Shown here: one piece after another, positions 11,582 through 25,126 of the stretch
How the letters are laid out: every line of letters begins with the position of its first letter
Position numbering within the stretch: position 1 is the stretch's first letter
Source: Eremomyces bilateralis CBS 781.70
Taxonomy: Eukaryota
Reading direction: 5' to 3' (one strand)
Assembly (NCBI GenBank): GCA_010015585.1
Contig: ML975152.1
Length of the DNA stretch: 64,000 nt
Position numbers and translations under genes: made by a program
The notes under the pieces: model-generated
Seen by the model: the letters and a program-made list of their open reading frames with translations, nothing else
Database searches by the model: none
What the model was told of the DNA's origin: nothing

Positions 11582-14418
11582 TATCAGCGATAATGAGTGC
11601 GTGACAGAAAAAAGAGAGGATCAATGACAGTGAGAAAGTATTAGAACCTTAATTAAAGAGCAATATTTCGAAGAAATCTTCAGAAGAATGAGAGGCACCA
11701 CAACGTATCGGTGGTGGGGAGCATCCGTTTGTACAACACGGGCGGGACTGGAGCACTGCAACGCGGGAATTGGGGGAGATGCGCATACTCGCATATAAGT
11801 ACTTCATAGCATCTGCAGGGCTGCAACTAGGGAGACCCGATGGGCGATGATGCTATCTCACCATGTCCCTTAAAGCCTGTGGCAGCAATTGAACGCGCTA
11901 CGATGCTGCAGAAAGGAAAGATGGGCACGGCTAATACTACTAACATTCCATGTATTGGCCTCCAAGTTCTGAAGCGATTACCGGGTACGGTATCACCGTA
12001 CCTGACCTGGTCCTGGCATTGCCATCTGCACTGTGCTCCGTGCGATGCGAGGGATGGGATGTGCCAGTCCGCCTTTGGTCTATCCCACGCGATACTAAAA
12101 GCTAGGGAGGCCGGAAGATATTAGGTAGATCATAGGTAGATCACAGAGCAGAAGGCGAATAGAAGTGAACAATGAGAAAATGACTGAGTCTGATGTTGTG
12201 TGTGTTGTGGAGCTGGGACCTGAAGCTAACGTGGACATCGCGACGTTTAGAGGATTTTGGATGGCAAAAGGATCGTCGCAGTTTGCAGTGGTGAAGGACT
12301 GGCCTGCGTTTCTCTTATGCAGGGGAAGCCTGGGATATGCCTTTCTCCAACCTCAGTTCGAAAGTTCGAACCTCCCAAGTCCCAACTCATCACCTTTCAC
12401 TAACTAGTTAATTAGTTAACTTAGTTATTTCCATGAAAGATCAAATGGGCTGGCTGCCCTTTGTCTTTCTCATCCTCACCACCCATCCTGGTATGGTCAG
12501 CCCACGCCCGGGGTGTGAAACTCCCCTATGACCGTCCCACCTTCTCCTCCACCTCAACGACAGGCTGATAGGAAGATATGGGATACCCTGTATCGATCCG
12601 AGTTCCGACACTGACACTCCGGGTGTATCGTGGGCCGTAGCCCTCTCTTTTCCTGGGTGCTGGGATATCAATGGGCACTTAGGGCAGCAACTAGCAAGCC
12701 AGCAACCATGATTATCGCGACATCACCCAATTTTTTAGACAAGCCGGAAGCGGGTGGCTGGTCGAGTCTAACGCACCCGGTACAGGACGGATCGGGAACG
12801 ATCATCTTCAAAGTTCAAACGACCTCAGTCTGATCGGTGAGATCGGCCTGGAACTCTTGATGATTGGGCCACAAAATGACAAATACCAATGTGGAGTCGG
12901 CATCACTCAATCTGCATTCTGCTCGTCCCTATCTGGCAGAGCCTAACCGTACTGGGAATTATGCCAAAAATTCACTTATGCAGGCACCAGGTCCCTGTTT
13001 TCCACTTGCATGCGGATTGTGGATGGTTAACTTTGGCTCAAAATTGTTGGATTCAATTCCTTGACTTCCATGGAACAGTCGAGAAACTCCAGAAACTAGA
13101 CGTCGCAAACGGACAACCCATATCGCGATGCACCCAGACTTCAGAGTTCAGACACCTCCTAACCCTGTACTAACGGGACAGTTTGGCGGGTTGACCTGTC
13201 TCTGCCTCTACCTACTCAACGTCGATTACTGGTACATAATAATCAAATGCACTATTAAACCGGGCAATTGGGGGAGAGGATCGACACAGGAAGTGCGACA
13301 TCGACAAAGAAACATGAACCACCTTATATCCGCCGTTCGTATTAGCCGGAGTTTTCTTTTGATCGATCGCCCATCGTCATTTGCTTAAGCCACCAAGTTT
13401 CCACAGACCACAACTCCACCTCAGAGCAGATCTTGTCATGGAACTGCTACGACCATTCTCACAGCCCGCAAAGGATGGCAGACGGCAGTTCCTATCGGTC
13501 GACCACGTGGATTCCCCGCCCTTCTCACCGCTCCCAGAATGCCGGAGCCATAAATCGTCCAGCATCTGCATGTTTCCAAGGGCTGACTGGCGGGCGGCAT
13601 ATCCAAGTCCACGGGATCGATCGAATTCGAGCCTAGATATTGGACTCCGAACCAGCAATCCGACTATGTACATAGTACTGTTGGGCAGATGGCGCATTAT
13701 TGGGGAACGGGGCCCCATAATCGTATCAGCGGGAGCGGGAGAGGTAAGAAAAGATCCCTATTGCGAACGACGCCGAGAGATTCATGGAACTGCCTCCCTA
13801 GTCAACGACAACCATTCATGCTGCTTCACCTAACTTTTTTTCCATTTTCTTGCTTCTTCTTTAGGTCTCCATTCAGTACAAGCAGTTCCAAGTTTCCAGA
13901 ATTGTTCTTCTCATTTCCGGTTTCTGTCGAGCAGAGAACCCTCTAGGCTCTAGTCAGTCACATCGACCCATATGGAGCCCCTCTGCCATGGATAAGTCGA
14001 GGACTGGACCACCGTCCATCGCATTTTAACTGAATTATCTCGTTCGGACCATGGCCATCATTCCTTGGGAATTCATTCACACGTTTTGCGGCTGCAAGGG
14101 TTAGCCAAACTCGTAGCTCAAATTCTCCCATATTGCGAATAGTGCTGTACACCCACTGATAATGAAGGTATGATGCTCCTAGCCGTGTCTGGATGTCGTA
14201 TGCTATCCGATATTCAATGATATGGCTTGCTTGCTACGATTCTACTTGTCATGTTTGTACTGTGAACTCTACTCGTTTCGTGTTATATCAAGTTCATTGC
14301 TCCCTATAATTAGTCCACGACCACAGTGTCGCAGTTCCCCCACTTGCTTCGGCAAGACCTCTCCCAAGCATTTTCCTTGCTCATTCCTCATTATCATTAC
14401 CAAACAAATTCCTGCATC

Positions 14419-15091
14419 TCACCATGGAGCTAGCCATCGTCTCCAAAGTTTCCATACGATCCAACCGACGATCCCCATCAAGACAACCATCCCAACCACC
14501 AGCGCGACCATTACCTCTCCTCTCATTTCGAACGCCTCCGTGACCTCCATCCGCATGACCTTCCGGTGCATCTCGCGAACGTACCATCTTCCAGTTTGAA
14601 TCTTGCCAAGGCGCCTGTGCTCATGATCACGACCGGATACCTTCCCGCCTGGGCCGATATTTGGCCTGGAATGCGACGATTGCCAGGTGGAATCGCCGGG
14701 CTGCTGGTATGGCTCCGGATCCCACCGTGAATGCCATGCGTGCGGAGTTGACGGCGTAGAGTGCTCGGAGACGCGGTACTCCCGGTCACGGCGGTCGACG
14801 AGGAGAAGGGAGAGGAGGAAGGAGGTGAAGTAGAGAGGGGTTAGGATTAACTGCACATTGTTAGGATTGCAATGGGACTTGGCCGGTACTGGAGAGACGT
14901 TGGCCCATGTTTGAGATTGAACATGACGATACATTGTAGGTTTTGAGGGGAGGACTAAGCGGAGGAGTTTGGCGGTTTGGCGCGTGGGCTTAGGGAGAGA
15001 GTCATGGGCGTTTGATTGGGATACTTACATGAGTCAGGCATGAATCGGAATCGTCGTCCGGGGACGACACGCTGGGGTCTATCTGGCCCAT
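14419..15091 (-). CDS. Small fungal membrane protein of unknown function (2 hydrophobic segments)
   Basis: GTAAGT donor (about 15028) joins in phase to CTAAC...TGCAG (about 14851), giving DDDSDSCLTH-LILTPLYFTSFLLSLLLVD...; C-terminal TM. Start could be 15214. Confidence 0.6.
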
Positions 15092-15797
15092 CGACCGACC
15101 CGATTGACGGGTTGAGGGCGATACATCGGTGCCGCTCGAGGTGGTATCAACTAGTGGATTGTCGAAGAAAGGATCAGAATTCTTCTTGCGTCTAGTGCCC
15201 CGCGCCGGTGTCATGGTGGGGATATCGCATGGAGCATTCGGGAGAAGGGGAAATTGATGCAACTGAGTAAACTAGATTCATTTATTAAGCACTAAGTAGT
15301 ATCACTCCAAGTAGTATCAGAGAGGATAAGATCTGTTCAAGTGTTAGTATCATTAGTTGTTGGACAATAGTCGGAGACGGGTGGGTGTTCTGTGAGGTCA
15401 TCCCGTCATTGACTGTGAACACTGACTGCATGGTGAACAGTGAACACCCGGTGAACAGGGTCCCCCGCCCATTTCTGCCCTCTGCGGGCGCTTCCGCTCT
15501 CTACTATGTAACTACTTCCATGTTCCATAATGTACATTAGACTCTAAGAGTTGTGCCTTGCGAGCCGTGGACCGCAGCTTCATATTGAATTGGAAACAGT
15601 ATTTTTGCGTTGGTTGCCGTATGGAGTGAGAAGTCGCTTGCGGGGCATATACACCTCATCTGAAAGTCAACAGTTTGACTCGACTCTTTGACGCCGCATC
15701 AACGACTGATCGCTCCTCTGCAGTCGTATATCACCACTTTCCATTGCCATCACCTTGGTGGACTACTATGGACTTGAACTAACCGTCCTCATCCATC

Positions 15798-18435
15798 ATG
15801 GGCTTCTCTCTTGCTAACAAGCTCTTGAAGCGAGAGATCGCCGCGGAGAAGAATCGAGCTTCGACAGTTCGGGGTCTCTATGGCGATTCTTCTTGGGTGG
15901 ACGATCTAGGTATGCCCGTCCCATCATGACGAATGCCAACAGGACTGATTTTATCATAGACATCGTCAATGAGCTAAATGGACATAGTGGCTGCATCAAT
16001 GCACTAAGGTGAGTGCCATCGTGGCTACATATCTCTAACATATTCGTCTTGGAGCACACCAAACTGAACATATCTGCAGCTGGTCGAAGTCCGGGAGACT
16101 GCTTGCCTCTGGCTCAGACGACACCTATGTGAACATCCATACCTACCTCCCACACGCCTCCGACTCTCAGTTCTCATACACCACCGCAATCCTTACTGGA
16201 CATGAACAGAACATCTTCTCGGTCAAGTTCATGCCGTACACCAACGATCGCGTCATCGTCACAGCAGCTGGAGACCACGAGGTTCGTATCTTCGATGTGG
16301 AATATAACAGCACGTCGAGATCATCCACTACATTGCCCTTCGGCCCCTCGAACCCTCGGAGACGGGGTAGACCACATGTGCTTCAAAATGGGGTGTCATA
16401 TCTGAGCGCTGGAGATACCAGCGCCAAGGTCTTCAGATCACATTACGATCGTGTCAAGCGGATCGTGACCGAATCCTCGCCATATTTCTTCCTTACGTGC
16501 TCCGAAGATGGAGAGGTGCGCCAGTGGGATATCCGATCCCCTGAATCCGCTTATCCAAAACGCGACTATCGGAACGTGAACGACCCATCCATCCCGCCTC
16601 CGCTCATTTCCTATGGACGGTACCAAATCGATCTCAATACCATCTCCTGCTCGCCTTCGCAGCCTCACTACATTGCTCTCGGCGGCACGCATCCCCACTG
16701 CTTTATCCACGACCGACGAATGCTCGGACGCAACAAGTTCGATGAGCGAGGCTCCCCAGCCCCTTCGTCCAGCACCACGGGAGACAAAGACGATGAGGAT
16801 ATGGCCGAAGCAACTCAGTGCGTGCGAAGACTAGCTCGGAATAGAAAGACGTCGGTCGGGCCTCGTAACTCGGACCATATCACCGCTTGTAAAATCAGCG
16901 ACGCGCATCCCAACGAGGTCATCGCGAGTTGGTCGAATGATAACATTTACTCGTTTGACATCGTCCGCACGCCTGATGCCCGAGATGTTAAGGAGGACTC
17001 GCAGGAGGCAGAGGGTAGTCAGAGAAGCCAAGGCCGAGTCAAATCCTCACCGAGCCTGAAACGCAAGCGACCGGGAGGTGAAAACGCGTCCCAGAGTGGT
17101 AGCGATGGACGGTCTGGGTCACATCCGAGGACCGATGACGGCTCCAGCACGGATAATCAGGGACCCGCCAGCGTTGCGATCCGGCCTGACCACGGGTCTG
17201 CCTCGGCATCGGAGGGCCAGGACCACGAGCAGCAAGAGAACGGCGATTCAACTCCACAGGCACCGACTTCGGCATCTCGCAGAACACAAGGACCATCTCA
17301 GAATGTTCAAACTTCCGGCGTATCGGACTTGCTGAACGCGATCACTTCGACGAGCGTGGCAGAAGACAGCGAAGAGGAGGAGATTGAACGGTTCTTGGAG
17401 CAAAGTGTTTTGGGCGTTCATCGGTCACATCAGGGGGGGCATGGGACTGGAGGTGGTGGCGAGGATGAGGCTCAAAATGAGGAAGATGAAGACGAGGAGG
17501 AGGAGGACGAAGAAGACCATAACGATTACGAAGAGGGCGATGAGGACGACGAGGATAACAGTGGATCAGAAGAAGACTCAGAGGACACCTCGTCCGACGA
17601 ATATGGCCCGCAGATGTTGGGATTCCCCGCTCGAGTCCTGCACATGAAATCGAAGCGAAAGGTCAACCAGAACGTACCATGTTTGCCGCACATGCGAACG
17701 TATAAAGGGCATTGCAACACCCAAACCGTGAAAGATGTCAATTTCTACGGCCTCAACGACGAGTACGTGGTGAGCGGAAGCGATGACGGCAACTTCTTCA
17801 TCTGGGACCGCCAGACAGCGCGGCTCGTCAACATCCTCGAAGGCGATGGCGAGGTCGTCAACGTCGTCCAAGGTAAGTCCCGGCCCGCTTCGGCCCTGTG
17901 GAGCGCATGATTGACTCGGATCGCAGGCCACCCTTACGAGCCGATGATCGCCACCTCGGGGATCGATAACACCATTAAGATCTTCAGCGCGGACGCTCGC
18001 GCACGACATGCGGCGAGAATGGCACTGGGTGTCTCGGCGTCGGATCCCGAGGAGCATAGTTCCATCCGTCTTGGGGGACGAGCCGCAGTTCGTCTGCGAG
18101 AATCGAGCCCAGAGGAATCAACCTACGGAGGACCAAGCAGCACAGGAGCGACCGGACCTTCCAATAGGTCCCGTTCTCCCTCGACGGCCTCATTGTCAGG
18201 GAGTGACCGAGGTCCCAATTTGGAGCCGGCGGTGCTCGTGGACGACGAGCCGGAGGATATGGAGTTCACGGCGCTAGATGGGTTGTCGTCGATGCAGCGC
18301 ATGGCCGAGGAGTATCAGATCATCGCGGCGAACGAGAGCGATGGGGCTGCGCATCGGGTCTACACAGGGCATGCGGTGGCGGCGCTCCTGGCGCAGCATC
18401 TTCAGGGTGGAGATGAGCAGTGTAGGCCGATGTGA
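15798..18435 (+). CDS. WD40-repeat DDB1-CUL4 associated factor (DCAF6/DCAF8-like)
   Basis: LDIVNELNGHSGCINALSWSKSGRLLASGSDD, GHEQNIFSVKF, WDIR, HDRR, YKGHCNTQTVKDVNF, SGSDDG, HPYEPMIATSGID; acidic tract; 3 introns. Confidence 0.88.
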
Positions 18436-18705
18436 GGGGTGAGGCAGCCATTACCCAACTACCTAGCCCGTCGTCTATCCAATGAAATAAACTCATATCC
18501 AATTTATCTACAGGCCAGATGTTGACCAGATGTTTCCTCGATGTCGCTGTGAATTGAGAGGCGATTCACGTGATCTGATTGTTGTCGAGGCTACAGCTGA
18601 GGGTCCACGTGACCCCAAGTGCACAGACGATTCTATGCTTTTCCACGGCAGCGACAGGGGTCCAGCCTCCACCAGCGGCGCCGCAAGCAACGCAGCGGGT
18701 GAACT

Positions 18706-18720
18706 GGAAGCTTCTAAAAC
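18706..18720 (+). promoter_or_regulatory. Putative heat-shock element upstream of HSP90
   Basis: gGAAgcTTCtaAAAc = inverted nGAAn units with one mismatch in the third unit, about 330 nt upstream of the ATG. A 5'UTR intron is likely at 18885-19009. Confidence 0.55.
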
Positions 18721-19042
18721 TTCATCCTCTCGACCTTTTTCTATCCTCCCCGTTTCCACACAAACATTTATCTTCAACTCCCTCAACTCTCTCATTCTCA
18801 CTCTCTGCTCCTTACACATCTTTGTGACGAGATACCCCATCCTGCTTCTTCCTCTACATATTCAATAGAATCCTTCATTACCAGGTCAGTAATCATCCCT
18901 ATCCCTCTTCACTTCTTGCGATCAGCCTTTCCAGCGCCGCACAAGGTTGCTAGGCAACGATCTCTCTCACTCACAAAGTCAACTCGGACTCACACTGACA
19001 CCCATCAAGGCCACCTAGTCCCTCAAACACTCCACCGCCAAC

Positions 19043-21228
19043 ATGTCATCCGGCGAGTCGTTCGAGTTCCAGGCTGAGATCTCTCAGCTCTTGGGCCTCA
19101 TCATCAACACCGTCTACTCCAACAAGGAAATCTTTTTGCGAGAACTGATCTCCAATTGCTCCGATGCCTTGGACAAGATTCGCTACCAGTCCCTCTCCGA
19201 CCCTAGCCAACTCGACTCCGGTAAAGACCTCCGCATCGATATCATTCCAAATGCGGAGGCAAAGACCCTCACCATCCGTGATACCGGTATTGGTATGACC
19301 AAGGCTGTAAGTTTTGCCCCATCCCTATTTTCACTTTTGGTGTCCCACCTACTAACTCACTTCAGGATCTCGTCAACAACCTGGGTACCATCGCCCGCTC
19401 TGGCACCAAGCAATTCATGGAAGCCTTGAGCGCCGGTGCTGATGTGTCCATGATCGGTCAATTCGGTGTCGGTTTCTACTCCGCCTACCTTGTTGCCGAT
19501 AAGGTCACCGTCGTCTCCAAGCACAACGATGACGAGCAGTACGTCTGGGAGTCCAGCGCTGGTGGCACCTTCACCATCACCCCCGACACTGAGGGCGAGC
19601 AGATCGGCCGTGGTACTTCCATCATCCTTCACCTGAAGGATGAGCAAATGGACTACCTTGGCGAGAGCCGCATCAAGGAGGTTGTCAAGAAGCACTCCGA
19701 GTTCATCTCATACCCTATCTACCTGCACGTCCTGAAGGAGACCGAGAAGGAGGTTCCTGATGAGGATGCTGAGGAGAAAGAGGTTGAGGAAGATGAGGAG
19801 AAGAAGCCCAAGGTCGAGGAGGTTGATGAGGAGGAAGAGGGCAAGGAGAAGGCCCCGAAGACTAAGAAGATCAAGGAGTCCAAGATCGAGGAAGAGGAGC
19901 TCAACAAGACCAAGCCCATCTGGACCCGAAACCCGCAGGACATCTCTCAGGAGGAGTACGCGAGCTTCTACAAGTCGCTCTCCAACGACTGGGAGGACCA
20001 CCTCGGTGTCAAGCATTTCTCCGTTGAGGGCCAGCTTGAGTTCCGCGCCATCCTGTTCGTCCCGAAGCGCGCTCCCTTCGATCTCTTCGAGGCCAAGAAG
20101 ACGAAGACCAACATCAAGCTCTACGTTCGCCGTGTCTTCATTACCGATGATGCCACCGACCTCATCCCTGAGTGGCTCAGCTTCGTCAAGGGTGTCGTTG
20201 ACTCCGAGGATCTTCCCCTCAACCTGTCTCGTGAGACCCTTCAGCAGAACAAGATCATGAAGGTCATCCGCAAGAACATCGTCAAGAAGACCCTCGAGCT
20301 CTTCAACGAGATCGCTGAGGATCGTGAGCAGTTCGACAAGTTCTACACTGCCTTCGGCAAGAACATCAAGCTCGGAATTCACGAGGACTCTCAGAACCGC
20401 CAGGCTCTTGCTAAGCTCCTCCGATTCAACTCCACCAAGTCCGGCGAGGAGACCACATCGCTCACCGACTACGTCACCCGCATGCCGGAGCACCAGAAGC
20501 AGATGTACTACATCACCGGCGAGTCGCTCAAGGCGGTCCAGAAATCCCCCTTCCTTGACAGCCTGAGGGAGAAGGGCTTCGAAGTCCTCTTCCTTGTCGA
20601 CCCTATCGATGAGTATGCCTTCACCCAGCTCAAGGAGTTCGACGGCAAGAAGCTGGTCGACATCACCAAGGACTTCGAGCTCGAGGAGACCGAGGAGGAG
20701 AAGAAGGCCCGTGAGGAGGAAATCAAGGAGTACGAGGACACCACCAAGGCCATCAAGAACATCCTTGGTGACAAGGTCGAGAAGGTCATCGTCTCCCACA
20801 GCCTGGCCGCTTCCTCGCCGTGCGCCATCCGTACTGGCCAGTTCGGTTGGTCTGCCAACATGGAGCGTATCATGAAGGCGCAAGCTCTCCGCGACACCTC
20901 CATGAGCTCCTACATGAGCTCTAAGAAGACCTTCGAGATCTCCCCCAAGTCCCCGATCATCAAGGAGCTCAAGAACAAGATCACTTCCGATGGCGAGGAT
21001 GATCGCACCGTCAAGAGCATCACCCAGCTGCTGTTCGAGACTTCCCTCCTCGTCTCCGGATTCACCATCGAGGAGCCCGTCGGCTTCGCCCAGCGTGTCA
21101 ACAAGCTGGTCAGCCTGGGCCTGAACGTCGACGAGGATGTCGAGACTGAGGAGGAGGCGGCCGCTGAGACCGCCGAGGGTGCCACCGCCGAGGGCGCCAC
21201 CGAGAGCGCGATGGAGGAGGTTGACTAA
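19043..21228 (+). CDS. HSP90: Cytosolic heat shock protein 90
   Basis: [37 protein letters not shown]-terminal MEEVD; intron 19307-19366; strong codon bias. Confidence 0.99.
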
Positions 21229-21622
21229 GTTGGACGCGGTCCATGGCTACATACCCCCGCGCCCCTCGGATCGGACGCTTTCTGAGGATGTTCGCTTTTG
21301 CCCCTTTCACTTCTCGGTTCTGATGCCCGCGACACGACTAATCAATCCTACACACATGGCATGTTTTCTCATGGTGGATGGAACGGCAGGAGTCTAGGAT
21401 TGGTGGTAGTCGCCCTTTTCATGCTTGATGGCCGGATGAACGTAAAAAGTTTCGAGTTTCCCGAATGGCGATACATTAGATAGCGTTTCAATGGAAGATG
21501 TCATTCAAAATTGAAACATCTTTGTTTAATTTGTGATCGTGACCATTGCCCTTTCCCCGGACTCTAGAAGGTGAGAATTGGATAGCCGCAGTCATCACGA
21601 TGCGGCATCGATGCCCACGAGC

Positions 21623-22657
21623 TCAATAATCTTTAAAAGGGCATCCCTTCTCCCTACTCTCCCCCCTCGTCTTCTCCTCCACCACCTCCCTCGTCAACCT
21701 CATCAACCGCTCCGCTAACTGCAAATCATTCGCCTTCTCCCCCCCTTTCTCCACGATCGCCGGCGGACAAATATACTGCCCCGTCCCCTCCGTCACCGTC
21801 GCCGCGAACATCGTGCTCACGCACCCCTCGAACACGTCCTTCTTGAACGGCGCGATCCCCTCCTTCATCAGGTGGCCCGCGATCGGGTACGCCTCTAGGA
21901 TATGCTCCGTCGACTGCCGCGTGTCCACGAACCCGGGGTGCGTCGCGTTCACAAGGATCCGCGGATGCGTCGCGGAAAGGTGCGTCGCGAGGTATTTCGC
22001 GTCCAGAAGCGTCGCGAGCTTTGAGCGCCCGTAGAGCTTGTTCGGGTTGTAGTCCTCGTTCAGCTCGGCGACCGACGCGAACTGCGTCTCCGGCGGCGCC
22101 GACTCGTGCACGTTGGACGATAGGTTAACGACGCGCACGACGTTCCCCGCTTCCGCGGTCTTCTTCAGCAGCGGGAGGAGATGCGACGTTAGCACGGCGT
22201 GGCCGACGTGGTTCGTCGCCATGGTCAGCTCGACGCCGTTGGTCGGCGCTAGCTGCCGCGACATGACCCCGCGCCCCGCGTTGTTAATGAGGATGTCCAG
22301 CCGGTCCGTCTCCCGCGCGATCTCCAGCGCCGTCGTCCCCGTCTGCGTCCAGTCCGCCAGGTCGCACTGCTTCCACACGATCTTCTGGATGGCGGCATCG
22401 CCGAGGTCGTCGCGCAGCGCGGCAATGCCGCGGTCCTTGACGTCGGAGCTCATCGAGAGGAGGAAGAGTTTGGAGATGTCGTGCGCGAGGAGCGTGTGCG
22501 CGCAGCCGTAGCCGATGCCTTCGGAGCCGCCGGTCACGACGGCGACCTTGCCGGTTAGGTTGGGGACTTGGTCGAGGGAGAATTGGTTGGCTTCGGGGAC
22601 GAGGTGATTGCTTTCACCGCCGAAGTTTTCGGCAACTTTTCTGGCGATCGTGTCCAT
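21623..22657 (-). CDS. Short-chain dehydrogenase/reductase (retinol dehydrogenase/Bli-4-like)
   Basis: TGGSEGIG Rossmann motif, INNAG, LSS, YGRSK (YxxxK), HPG; single exon. Confidence 0.9.
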   Translation of the reverse strand: MDTIARKVAENFGGESNHLVPEANQFSLDQVPNLTGKVAVVTGGSEGIGYGCAHTLLAHDISKLFLLSMSSDVKDRGIAALRDDLGDAAIQKIVWKQCDLADWTQTGTTALEIARETDRLDILINNAGRGVMSRQLAPTNGVELTMATNHVGHAVLTSHLLPLLKKTAEAGNVVRVVNLSSNVHESAPPETQFASVAELNEDYNPNKLYGRSKLATLLDAKYLATHLSATHPRILVNATHPGFVDTRQSTEHILEAYPIAGHLMKEGIAPFKKDVFEGCVSTMFAATVTEGTGQYICPPAIVEKGGEKANDLQLAERLMRLTREVVEEKTRGESREKGCPFKDY

Positions 22658-23828
22658 GGTGGATGATGACTTGGGAACGATGCGCTGGTGGAGCGGCAGG
22701 ATGTGGACCTCGCAACGGCCATCTTATATCTCGCATGCCTTCCGGTGTGACGCTGGGAAATGGAAGTGGCCTATGACATTAGTATGACGGTGTGAGCACA
22801 GAACCGTTGGGGTGTTGATGTACAATCTTGATGACGCTCGTATTACGGGAGATCGTCATAGGGCAACTGGTAGGGCTGCTCAACTGATTGTATCATCAAA
22901 ACTGCTATTTCCTACATCTGACTGGACAACAAGCTGTATCCGCTGTGAAGGTTCATGCAAGACCTTGGTGTTGTTGGTACTGACAGTATGGAGCGTCTGT
23001 AGAGGAAGAATCAATTGTGGTGTTTCAAACCGGCCTGTATGGCTCTAAGTCTCGAAATCCCCACAGAATTATCAGCCGCGACACTACCTAAATTGAAGTA
23101 TTGGCCGTAGCAAGAGTATCTGCAACTCCTTTGAAGAGAGCGCCCAGAAAACATTGTTTTCTTGTCAAAACACCGAGCATGTTTCACGAGCAATAATCAT
23201 CAACACTTGTCTCACGCCTGAGTCTATCAGACGCCTCCACCAAGATAAAAGGAGCATGATATGAGCGACTCGATATCGGAGGGAGGCCGGGCTGAAGAGG
23301 CTATCCATTAGGAGTTTCAGGTCGCTGGAGGAACATTTTAGGATTCTCAATTTCATCCACTCCTCAGAGGAGACTTAAGAAGCTGAGGAAGAAAAGTTGG
23401 GTCGTCACCCGGGGCGGAGGAATGGCTTGAAGATGAACTCGCGGCAGATCACCCGGTGCTGGCCGAATCCGATGGGGAATATGTGGTAGCTTCGGGGATG
23501 CGAGAGCAAGGTCGGCTGGCCAGGAAGATGATAATGTCAGGCAAAGGGGGAACCCTTAAGGTGGGATAATGTGGGAGAAGGGGAGAAGGTTTAGTCACAA
23601 GCAAATGCAGTTGATACGGCAGGCCGTGGCATGCTTCAACTGAAGAGGTTGAACCCAGGTTTCCGGAGGAATGATATGATGCTCGTATGGGATGGGAGCG
23701 CAACGGGGATAACGGATTACCCGGCCACAGGGTAATTGATGAAGATGGACTCAGGAGCAGCGGATGAGTAGCTGTATTGGTACAGTTGCTAGTTCAAAAA
23801 CAACAGGGGGATGAAATCTATATACAGA

Positions 23829-24655
23829 TTACTTGAGCGCAGCTTGAAGGCTCTCCAAGACCTGCAAGAGCTGTTAGCAAGTGGGCGGTTGGTGGATCAT
23901 CGCATTCAACATACCTCAAGTTCGATTTTGGCCTCCGCGATATCCTGCTCGCTTCCACTGCCGCCGGCAACCTTCTGTGACTCGGCGATCTGGTTCCTCA
24001 CAGCCTTTGCTTTCCATTAGCATGGTTAAGGAATCTTTGTTGATCACATAGGGCATACCTCGACACTGAAATCCTCGAGGGGGAACCCTTCGACAGCATT
24101 GATGCTCAACAGCGAGCCGGGTTGAACGACAGCAAATCCACCGGAGACTAGAGGAGGTAAGATGTTAATGTCCATTAACGCCCTCTAGGGACGGATCCTA
24201 GGCAATGCAAAGGGTCCAAAGCGCTTACCGAAGAACTGCTTGCTGCCACCTTGTTCCTCGATGACTTCGACAAGGCCAGGCTTCAGTTGCTCAATTGAAG
24301 GAACGTGGCTTGCGAGGATACCCATCTCTCCAGTCTCAGCCGGCAAGTTCACTTGCACACTAGAATATATTGTCAGGGAAAGGCTCGGGTAGGGATGGGT
24401 ATGCGATCGTACACATCGGTGGATTTGTAAATGGACTACGGGAAGCATCACGTTAGTTTACAAGACCTTCACTGCAATCGCAAAATCGCATGCCCGGGAA
24501 ATCGGATCGAGAGAGAGTCATACCTGATGCGGCAATGCCAGAGAGAGTTGGATCTTGTCCGACGCAACATCCGCATAGGTCCTTCGCTGGACCATCGGGC
24601 GGAAGGCCGACGGGCGCAGCCGCAGCGCCGTTCGAGCGACTCGGAAGGAACTCAT
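23829..24655 (-). CDS. ATP16: Mitochondrial F1 ATP synthase delta subunit
   Basis: Arg-rich presequence, KIQLSLALPHQ, VQVNLPAETGEMGILASHVPSIEQLKPGLVEV, SGGFAVVQPGSLLSINAVEGFPLEDFS, AEAKIELEVLESLQAALK; 5 introns. Confidence 0.95.
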
Positions 24656-25126
24656 TCTGATGAGCGAGAATGAGAGATGGAAAAGATTGGGATGGCAATT
24701 GGTAGCTGGGTAAAGAGGGAGTGACGGCTTCGACGATTTCGAAGAACTTCCGAAGCTTCACGATGAGAGGGCTTGGCAAGTCACGTGGATATTTTGAGAC
24801 TACACAGCCACAGTAGCCACATCAACGACATATCCAAATGAACGAAACAGTTTGGATTTAGTCTGCTTTTATCATCTCGATGTACAAATTCCAGCTTCAA
24901 TATAGTAACAGACATTGAAACCCGGTTGCCCTGCGTATGATATAAGACAATAAATTCGCATATTGCTACAAATGGCACATTTTTCGTTCTGTCTGCACAA
25001 CTCCAAGTGAATCCCCGTTGCCCCCGAAAGTATCACCTCTACATATCATCCAGTTAGTCTACAGTCATGAGTTGAGACCTATCCCATCAACACCTCCGTG
25101 GTAATCTTGAACTTTTCATCGTGTGC

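Noticed and set aside
11600..14400. Short ORFs (up to 150 aa) in intergenic DNA, likewise 45600-47200
   Set aside because: No codon bias, motifs or coherent splice structure.
19357..21200. Long antisense ORFs over HSP90 (also over TKL1, AA9 and GH43)
   Set aside because: Expected shadow of strong codon bias; no independent motifs.
22815..22899. TGATGA...CTGA with flanking inverted repeat, resembling a C/D snoRNA
   Set aside because: Short, non-canonical box C spacing, and no rRNA guide recognised.
23040..23750. Purine-rich, protein-like fragments between the SDR and ATP16
   Set aside because: Stops in the frames read and no recognisable homology; cannot support a pseudogene call.
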